In this document: positions 27,002 through 36,843 of the stretch, in pieces
How the letters are laid out: every line of letters begins with the position of its first letter
How positions within the stretch are numbered: the stretch's first letter is position 1
Assembly: GCA_051294375.1 (NCBI GenBank)
Contig: JBJCIZ010000239.1
Coordinates: 3,196,964-3,260,963 of the forward strand
Direction: 5' to 3'
Source of the DNA: Paraspadella gotoi
Taxonomy: Eukaryota; Animalia; Chaetognatha
DNA: 64,000 nt
The notes under the pieces: model-generated
Database searches by the model: none
Seen by the model: the letters and a program-made list of their open reading frames with translations, nothing else
What the model was told of the DNA's origin: nothing
Position numbers and translations under genes: made by a program

Positions 27002-27924
27002 TTCTCTCTATCTGTCTCTCTCTCTCTTTCTCTCTTTCTATCTCTTTTGTACAAAAATAATTTTTGAGTGGGCACCTTTTTTTTACCTCCGTCACTGCGC
27101 GACTTGAGTAACCGAGTTCCGGCCTCTCTCTATCGTCTCTCTCTCTCTCTCTTTTTTTTTTTACAAAAAAATTTTTTAGTCACTTTTTTCACTCTCTCTC
27201 TGCTCTCTCTCCTCTCTGTCTCTCTCTCTAGTTACAACGTCGTTTTTGAAAAATTCTATATTTTTCCTTCTAAAACTTTATTACGCCATTTATTTTTTTT
27301 CTCTAAACAAAATCCCAAATTACATCCGAGAATTTTTCTATGGATTCCTTTTTAGAAAAAGGAAAAATAAACTTATAATGCAGGCAATGTCACATGTACA
27401 TCAGCTTTGCTGCGTTGTACATATAGCTCTTATTGTCCGGCCAATTGCCGATAATTTAAACATATATAACTTTTTCTAACAAAAAAATTTTTTTTGTTTG
27501 TTTATTACTGTACTTTGGACCGTCGCCCACTATTGGCAAAAATAATTTATATCTTAGAAATAGGAGTTGAGAAGAGAGATATTGTCAAATTAAACATTAC
27601 TTTTTTGGTTATTCTATAATTTTTACAATTTTAAAATTTGTAAATTTTTTTAAGTGTATATATTTGAATCATTTATTTCTTTTTAAAATAATAATTATTT
27701 GACTGGATAAAATTAAATATTAGTTAAATATGCAAAATATGAAATTTACTTCGCGTCTGGTTTCTTCTTAAAAAAAAGAACAATCTAAATTTCATCAAGG
27801 AAAGGAAAAGAGTTCGGTCCTACTCAGATTACGTCGAAAAACGAGTTCAGCTCTGCAGGGGCGGCCAGCTTTCTGATTATACTTTATATAACGAGAGTGA
27901 AAACGACCCGCCTCTCTCACTCTT

Positions 27925-27964
<40 letters not shown>

Positions 27965-28210
27965 CTTTCATTCATTACACGCATTTGTTTGTTTTATTTA
28001 CGATGAATGACTCATGCGTCAATGAATGACTATCATCGCTATCAATGAATGACTGATCATCGCATTCAATCATGTGATATTCATCACATCAGTTATTATT
28101 ATTTTCATCGCATCAATATTGGTTATTCATCGCATCAATAATTGTTATCAGTCGCATCAATATTGGTTATCATCAATAAAGTAGGCTCGATTCCTTAATG
28201 CTTTTAAGAT
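23344..28210 (+). mobile_element. Non-autonomous Helentron/DINE-1-like element (HINE), copy 1, ~4.9 kb
   Basis: T-run, then 5' subTIR ATCGAGCC within a GAA-loop hairpin, then a (GTC)n tract. The 3' end has subTIR GGCTCGAT (28184-28191), a small stem-loop cttaa-tgctt-ttaag and a T-run. No TSD; the empty T-rich site is in the other arm (~20067-20080). Both ends are shared with 57127-61076. Confidence 0.8.
27990..28175 (+). repeat. Internal ~21-bp tandem repeat of the HINE (atcatcgcatcaatattggtt-like)
   Basis: The same array occurs at 59310-59551 in copy 2. Confidence 0.75.
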
Positions 28211-29303
28211 TTTTTTTGTTAAGTTATTCAAAGTAATGATTAGGATTTTTTTTACGCTCGAGATTTAATGGACGGTCGGTCGGTCGGTCTGTCGGTCTGT
28301 CGGTCTGGCCGAATGTAAAGAGAGATGAAGAAAATCCAGAGTCGAAGTGAGGGGATGGAGAATGGGGGATGAAAGCTGAGAGATGTTTGTGGAATGAAGA
28401 AAAATAATGTAGGCGATGTGAAAAATTATTGTAAATAAATCTCTTTTTGAAAAATGTTCAATTAAAAACATTCTTTTTCGATAGCCCCCCCCCCCAAAAA
28501 AACAATTAATGATAGCATTGTACAAGAATTAATGGTTTTAAAAATACTCCTTCGAATTGTTTCTCCCTAATCGCGTTTGTGTTTAAACGTTTTTTTTTTA
28601 TTTTCCTCCAACTTCGCTTAGATTATTAATATCGGCCCCCGTGTCCGGACTGCTTGGGCCCCTCGCGCCGCGCCGGCCCCGCGGCCTCCCCTGGAGTGTC
28701 ATCTATTCGCGCTGTCAATGATTCGAGGTCTAATTTCTCGAAAAGTCTCGAGTACCTCGTCTTTCGTAACAGCGGTTTGTCCCCAGATTTTTTTATTCTT
28801 TTTTTTATATTTTTTTTCGAGATGGAGAGGGACAGATCCTTTGAAGAGAACGTAAGCTCATTCCGTGGACCTTTATTGCATTGCAACTGATTTTTGCTCG
28901 TTACTGTTTATGGTAAATCTGAGCTGGAACTTAATCGATTGGGAAACGTTGTAAGAAACCTTAAACTCGAATAAACGGTTAAATGGGAAGCATCGTTAAC
29001 CTGTTTTGATCAGACGGATGAAAACCTTTTTTTTTTTATTTCTTTTCTTTTTTTTTCCTAGATTTTTTTTTCATTTATTTTGTTACCATTCTGTCGAGAC
29101 GCCAATTTGATTTAAAGTGAATTTTATTAACGTTAATCGATATTATTGTTAATAGATAATAATTGAAATTAAATTATTTTAAGACTAACGGGCTGAGAAT
29201 TTTATTCTGAAGATATGATTTTAAAATATTTTGTCTCGCAATTCGATTCGGGTCGGTCAACGGTGTTTTCGTCTGAATAAGAAAAAGAAAGAAGAAAGAG
29301 AGA

Positions 29304-29352
<49 letters not shown>

Positions 29353-29952
29353 ATCCAGTTGCCTCTCTTCCTCTCGATTTAGAAATGCGATACTGTTTTG
29401 ATTGTGGTCACATCATCTCTTCATTTCCGGTCAATCATAACTCAAACGTTGATCACCTTCAAACACCCTTATCACTCCCGACCCCCTCCTTCCCCTCTCC
29501 CTAAAATATCTCCATCCCCCCGTCGTTCGCGAATCCCCGCTTCTTCGATAGAATTCCGGCGTCTCGCATAACTTGAGCGATTTCCCACTATCGACCTTCG
29601 CCACTACGCTACGCCACGTTGCGCCACGTTACGCAACGCTACGCAACGCCACGTCACGTTAATCCATTCTTTTCTCAGCACATGTAACAAACACCTCAAT
29701 TCTTATACACTGTCTAATTTTAATGCTACATTCAATGTATGTAGCTGTATTCACTCCTGTATCTTCCTATTCTATTATGACCTGATAAATGGCTCCTGGC
29801 TCAACTGTGCCTCCTGCAAGCTTTCACGCCTTTACGCAATCTGCAAGCTCAATTGCAAAAACAGAACTCTTGTCCAACTCTTACTTTTCAAACTCTTGGA
29901 TCAGATGACCCAGAGCGAGAGAGAGAAAGACGGAGAGCCAGAATATTTATTT

Positions 29953-30011
<59 letters not shown>

Positions 30012-31215
30012 AAATAGAGAAGAGAGAGAGAAGAGGAGAGGAAAGAAAAGTATCTTGCCCCTCTGGCGGTGGCTGGCAGTATAACACTCTTTACGCGACT
30101 CGAAGGACAGGGTGTCTTCTTTCTTTCTTTCTTTCTCTTTCTTCTTCTTTTTCTTTCTTTCTTTCTTTTCTTTTTTTCTTTCTTGTTTTCTTTTTTTGTC
30201 ATTTCTTTCCTTTTTCTCTTCTTTTTTCTTGTCTTTTCTTTGTCTTTCTCTCTCTCTTCTCTCTCTCTCTCTCCTCTCTCTCTCCTCTCTTCTCTTCTGT
30301 ATCATACATATATATGTACACTCAATTAACAATTGTCATGTTACTATGTTAAATTTCACATTTTGAGCATAATAAATCAAATCAAATCAAGAATCTCTCT
30401 CTCTCTCTCACTCGACCGCATTTTCTTTCATTCTTGGTCAGGCAATATATATCTTTCTAAATTTCCAATTCTGGCTTCTCTGTATATTTTCAACGTGCTA
30501 GGCAAAAAAATAAAAATAAAAAGGACATTAAAAACATCTTTATTTTTTCGTTTTGTTTATTTGCGAAGTCCTTTTAGTTCGAGCTTCCACTCGCATTTTC
30601 TTTTATTTTTTTTTCTCGCTAAAATAAACCGAATGTGCATAGATATTTGATTTATATCGCGAGATCGGAGGGGAAAGGAGTAGATAGATAGAGAGAGAGA
30701 AGAGTGAGATGAGAAAGAAGAGATGAGAGTAGAGAGAGAGAGTGAGAGAAGATGAGAGAAGAAGATTGAGAGAGAGATTGTAGTTTGAGAGATGTAAAGA
30801 ATCCCTCCTGAGTTTACTGTTTTTTTCGTGGGGTCTGCCCAAATAAGCATCTCTCTCTCTCTCTCCTTCTCTCTCCTCTCTCTCTCTCTCCCTCTCTCTC
30901 TCTCTCTCCTCCTTCTTCTCTCTCTCAAACTCCCTCCCTCCTCTCCCTTCTCGTAAGGGCGCGTGGGGGATCTGCCGCTAATTTCGCGTAAACGGCTCAA
31001 ATGTTTTTGCCTCCGGGAGAATGAGATGATGCCACTGGGGGCCTGGCGTGATGGCGTGTGCGCTGGATGCGTGAGGGGTGAAAAGCCCGCGGCGGTGGAT
31101 TTATGGGTGTATATTCGAGGGGGACTGGTGCCTTCTTCTACCATGAGATGGGCCGTGTTTCACTATTTTATTAATTTAGTATCTCTCTTTNNNNNNNNNN
31201 NNNNNNNNNNNNNNN

Positions 31216-31795
31216 TCTTCGCCCTCATTGCAGTCCCTGTCGGCCTTATCGTCGTATTCGTCATCGTCGTCGTCATCATCTTCGTCGTCGTTGTCTTCAT
31301 TCTCATTGCAGTCCCTGTCGGCATTATCGTTGTATTCGTCGTCGTCATCGTCTTCATCGTCGTCGTCTTTGTTCTCATTACAGTCTCTCTTGGCCTTATC
31401 ATTGTATTTGTCATCGTCATCGTTGTCATCGTTTTCATCTTTGTCGTCTTTGTTCTCATTGCAGTCCCTGTCGGTCTTATCATCGTATTCGTCGTCAACA
31501 TCGTCATCATCTTTGTCGTTGTCGTCTTCGTTCTCATTGCAGTCACTGTCGGCCTTATCATCGTATTTGTTATTGTCATCATCGTCGCCATCGTTGGTTG
31601 TCTTTGTTCTCATTACAGTCCCTTTCGGCCTTATCATCGTCTTTGTCGTCGTCTTTGTCGTCGTCTTCATAGTCGTCGTCTTCGTTCTCATTGCAGTCCC
31701 TGTCGCCCTTGTCGTCGTCGTCGTCGTCGTCATTATCATGGTTGACATTGTCGTCGTCACTGTCATAATCATTGTCGTCTTTGTTGTCGTCGTCA
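31216..31795. repeat. Minisatellite, ~70-80 bp units: core ctcattgcagtccctgtcggccttatc plus (GTC/ATC)n
   Basis: About 7 units. The minus strand reads as repeated DKADRDCNENEDDD. Degraded reverse copies lie at 21520-21620. Confidence 0.85.
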
Positions 31796-32649
31796 AATTG
31801 AAATTTTTTTTTTAAAATTTGTTTGTATGTTTTAATTTTCATCAACGTCGCTGACAAATCTTTTAAATCCGGATGGAATCATCTCTTCCTCCTCCAATGA
31901 TAAAACTCCTTCGGTTCCATCTCCAGCAGATTCTTCACCATCTTTTTTGTTTATAAACAAACAAACAATATCAACTTTTATCCGAAGGAAGAAGCGACGC
32001 CCGAAAATAAACAAACAACCTTTTGGTTTTTTTTTTACGTTTTGTTTACGAAATTCATTCGTTGTTATTGTTATTGTTATATCCCGGGGGGGTGAGGTTC
32101 CGGCCAACGGAGACTCGTGTACGACACGATGAAAATTCGCGTGGCGTAGTGTATGCAGTGCATACACTACGTAAACTATGCCGCCATAAAAAAAAATCGG
32201 TGATTGAAATCGTCATATAAAACATCATGGTTTTCTCCATATATGAAAAAAAAATAAATGCAAAATAATATTTGGTAGTTAGGATATGACAAAATATAGG
32301 ATAAAGAGAGAAAATTAATTTTTTCTTATAATAGTCCAACTCTATAAACCACTTAGCGGGTAGGGCGCGGGTTTTGGGAAAGGTAAGGCCGATGCCTTGG
32401 GGAGGAAAACTAACGTTTGTTTAAAATTACCCCAAAAAAAGAGTAAGTGACTTTATATTAATGCGTATTTCCCTTTGATCACATATGACATGACATGACA
32501 TGACTAACAAACTTTCTTTGTCCATGTGACATTGCACTGCATCAAAATTTCGTCTTTTACTCCTTATAGATTTAGGAATTCCTGAAGCCGGCGTTAGCAG
32601 TCCCTTAGATTTGAAGTCTTATTCTGTCTTAACAAATGAGCAACCGATT

Positions 32650-32790
32650 ATAGGCGAATTTTATGCATTTTTAACGTAAGTGGGATAGACCGACGGACGG
32701 ACATACCGACCAACGTACCGACCGACAGACCGACCGAAAAGTGACTTATAGAGTTGGTCCGCGAGTACTCGAGGAATAAGAAAAAGAAAG
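32650..32790 (-). mobile_element. 5' end fragment of a second HINE/DINE-like family
   Basis: The minus strand reads T-rich end, ...actctataagtcacttttcggtcggtctgtcggtcggtacg...gtccgtccgtc, i.e. a tetranucleotide microsatellite just inside the terminus, as in DINE-1-like elements. Confidence 0.4.
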
Positions 32791-33729
32791 AAAGAAATTC
32801 TGCTGCAAACGCAGTTTTTTTTTGCGAATTTTGCGAATTTCGCCGCAACGAAATCCACAGCGAGCTCGGCAGTTAAACCAGCTTCCTTTTTNNNNNNNNN
32901 NNNNNNNNNNNNNNNNNNNNNNNNNNNNNNNNNNNNNNNNNNNNNNNNNNNNNNNNNNNNNNNNNNNNNNNNNNNNNNNNNNNNNNNNNNNNNNNNNNNN
33001 NNNNNNNNNNNNNNNNNNNNNNNNNNNNNNNNNNNNNNNNNNNNNNNNNNNNNNNNNNNNNNNNNNNNNNNNNNNNNNNNNNNNNNNNNNNNNNNNNNNN
33101 NNNNNNNNNNNNNNNNNNNNNNNNNNNNNNNNNNNNNNNNNNNNNNNNNNNNNNNNNNNNNNNNNNNNNNNNNNNNNNNNNNNNNNNNNNNNNNNNNNNN
33201 NNNNNNNNNNNNNNNNNNNNNNNNNNNNNNNNNNNNNNNNNNNNNNNNNNNNNNNNNNNNNNNNNNNNNNNNNNNNNNNNNNNNNNNNNNNNNNNNNNNN
33301 NNNNNNNNNNNNNNNNNNNNNNNNNNNNNNNNNNNNNNNNNNNNNNNNNNNNNNNNNNNNNNNNNNNNNNNNNNNNNNNNNNNNNNNNNNNNNNNNNNNN
33401 NNNNNNNNNNNNNNNNNNNNNNNNNNNNNNNNNNNNNNNNNNNNNNNNNNNNNNNNNNNNNNNNNNNNNNNNNNNNNNNNNNNNNNNNNNNNNNNNNNNN
33501 NNNNNNNNNNNNNNNNNNNNNNNNNNNNNNNNNNNNNNNNNNNNNNNNNNNNNNNNNNNNNNNNNNNNNNNNNNNNNNNNNNNNNNNNNNNNNNNNNNNN
33601 NNNNGCTCAGATTCGACATTTCGCTCGCTGGGCTCGTAACGCTCTCTCTGCCGTAGCCGCGCTGAGTCTCCCGCCGCGTCGCGACCGCCGCCGCCTTTTT
33701 TCCTGCGCCATCACGCCAACACACCACTA

Positions 33730-33783
33730 CGCCAAAAACGCCAAAAACGCCAAAAACGCCAAAAATGCCAAAAACGCCAAAAC
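33730..33783 (+). repeat. 9-bp tandem repeat (CGCCAAAAA) x6
   Basis: Read directly. Confidence 0.85.
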
Positions 33784-34390
33784 CCTACAATAAAAGATTT
33801 CGCCAAAAAGAAAGGACGGAAAGAGGGGGTGAGACAATCCAGAAATCAAAATCACAGAATTTCAGTTTCCGCTGTTTGGTAAAAACACAATTTATTCTTT
33901 TCTGAAATTTCTCTCGCTTCGCCAAGAATCTTTCGCTTGGTCAAAACCGCTCTTGCAACGTCACAGACTTCAACACAACAAAAAAGTCTGTAAGAGGAAA
34001 TTTGCAAAGTTGCATAAACATTGTCCTTGCATAAACGTTGTCCTTGCTAAAGTTTGGTCTACTCAACCTCGCATTCAGAAGCGCGGGTCATATCTTACGA
34101 CGGGTCAGGAAATACTCGGTAATGTTTCAGTTGCGTGAACTTTCCCGTGATCTTTCGGTTGCGTGATGTCAAGTGAAATCTGGAAACGCTGCTCCGATGT
34201 GACCTCGTGAGAGAAGGTTGACCCTTGACGGAAGAAAGATTCTATGGCATCTCGCGAGTCAAACTTACTCTGAACTCTGGCTACTCTCTATATATCTCTC
34301 TCTCTCTCTTTCACTCTGTCCCTCTTTCACGCTCTCTCTCATTTTTATTCTAAGAACGAAAAAAAAAATATTCCTTCGTTTGATCTCTCA

Positions 34391-34471
<81 letters not shown>

Positions 34472-34834
34472 CTTGTTTTCTTCTCAAATTTCGTTTTCTC
34501 AAATCATTTGTTTATTTTTTGCCTTCGTCAAAATCTTCTCCTCGTATTTGATTCGCCGCTTGCCCGGCCCTGGCCGCCGCTGCTGCCTCTGCGCCCGCGC
34601 TGTTCCTTCCGAAACGCCGCTGCGCCCGCCGCAGCGCCATCTCCGTGCCTACGGTGCCGCCTGCCCGCCGTGCCCGCGGTGCCCGGAGTGGAAAATTCCG
34701 CGCTCGCCTGAATCCGTCAGAACTCAGAACCCTTCGAAAATCCTCATCATAAAATCCTGGGATATGAACGGGAAATCGGAAAAAAGAGGGAATTAATAGA
34801 GAGAGAGAGAGAGAGAGAGGAAGAGAGAGGAAGA

Positions 34835-34890
<56 letters not shown>

Positions 34891-34935
34891 TGATTATGAA
34901 TCCGTAAAGTGGAAAAATCCAACCAATCTTCCTTT

Positions 34936-34990
<55 letters not shown>

Positions 34991-35089
34991 CATATGAAAT
35001 TTTTTTTTATGAATGAACAAACTTCCTTTTAATGAGACCCATTTTCAAACGGAATTTTTTCCTAAAATTTTTTGGGTCGTAATATTAAT

Positions 35090-35560
35090 TTAACTTGGTA
35101 ATTTCTCAGTTCCCGTGATTACCAAATCATAGTCTGTCTGTCTGTTTTTTGTTTTGGTTTTCTGTCCGTCTGTCTTTCTTCTGCATGGCTCGGGTTACTC
35201 TTTCCCTCTCTCGTTAAACACTAAAAATTCAGCCAATGTGATGATGTGATAGATTTTTAACGTTTTTTGTTTTTAACCAATTTCTGTCAAAATTTTAAAA
35301 ATTGTATACTAACTTTTCATTTAACTTTTCAAGCTTATAAGAATCCGTTCTTAAAAAATAAATTTTTAAAAATTTTTTTGTCATTTTTTATATTAATAAA
35401 TATTTAAAGCTCAGTGCAACAACCCAATAACTAATTCAAAAAGTTGCATTGAAAATCGATTTATAATGGAAGGAAAAAAGAAATTTTTTTGAGAGAATTA
35501 GAATTATAAAAAGTGTTCAATTTTGGCCCGCCTTACTAATCACTTATCGCCTTAGTCCCT
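35090..35560 (+). mobile_element. Possible HINE/DINE-like remnant (third family)
   Basis: Terminal palindrome ttggtaat...attaccaa, then a (GTCT)n/GTCC microsatellite and an AT-rich body; the 3' end is not defined. Confidence 0.3.
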
Positions 35561-36206
35561 TTAAACGTCAAAGAATTAAAGCGAATAATTGACAACTATT
35601 TTCTACTTAAGAGCAAAAAAATGATCGAGTTATTATTTCCTGCTAACCTAAGTATATACCGTACTTATCAGAGATAAATATCAATATTTGTCATAGATTT
35701 GCCAGTGCGAAAACGAATAAACTTATCTTTTACGTGGAATGACATTTTAAACTCGAAAAAAAAATGACCAGGAAAAGCAAATTGAACCAAGTCAAACCCT
35801 TTAATCTGGGAAACTAGAAATTCAAAAAACAAAAGACAAATAATTTTCGTAATCGACAGAAAGCACGATAAAACAGAAAGACCAGAAACGTCATTGATTT
35901 TGGTCTTATCTCGATTTTTTCTTATCTAAAAAAGTTACCGCATTTCACAAAACGAATTGATCGATCGTTTTGTCCTTGAACAAACAACATACGAATGAGG
36001 TTTTTTGTTTGTTGAACGAATCGAATCTAAAGAAATTTTTTTTTTTATACACAATATAAATTCAAATCTTTCACCAACTCAAAATTGACTCTATTCCTCC
36101 ATGACTACCGCGTGCGACGGGACGAGAAAACAAAGCCATTCGTTACGCGGACGAAAGCAGCCGCCGCTGTTGACTCACCTCGCGCCTTACTTCATCCGCA
36201 CGGAAA

Positions 36207-36263
<57 letters not shown>

Positions 36264-36843
36264 CTTCTGTTCTGTTAGCTCTAGACCCACTTAATGAGAC
36301 TGAAATTTGTCCTTTTATTTTCTTCGCATTAAAATTTAAATTTTTTGTTTAATCACGGAATTCAAAAAATAAAGCGGATCATATGTATATTTTAATTTAA
36401 AACACAAAAACAAGAAACTGCAATTTCAATAAGTTGAACGCATTAAATATGTTATGTATATGCTTTTCAAATCATTATATACAATGAATAATTATATAAA
36501 ACATATATTGTTGTACCAATATCATATATATAATATATATATTCATATGATATTGATCAATAAACTGCTCAAGTATGAAACATACACATATTAAACATCT
36601 TAATATAAATGACCTTTCTACCGAGTACTATTAAATAATGAGTATGACTGCATTGAAATATTTAATAGATAAATAAGATAAAATAATGACAGACCGACCG
36701 ACCACGACGACCAAAAAAGTTATTTTTCAGTCTCTCTTGTCCTCGCGAAACTAAAAACGCCCATCTTAAACCCTAAGAAACTCGACTTAAAAGACATTTC
36801 CTCTCTTTCCCGCACTTTCGATTCGCAGCGCCCTCCGTCGTCC

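Larger units (their letters stand above)
16455..31180. repeat. Large inverted duplication: left arm ~16455-21515; right arm ~21850-23349 plus 28211-31180
   Basis: Unique segments match as reverse complements throughout, e.g. 19590-19650 vs 28630-28695, 18590-18740 vs 29510-29665, and 21040-21480 vs 21870-22320. Confidence 0.92.

Noticed and set aside
31216-31795. CRISPR-like look (constant ~27-bp core with variable linkers)
   Set aside because: The linkers are homologous triplet repeats rather than unique spacers; eukaryotic context, no cas genes.
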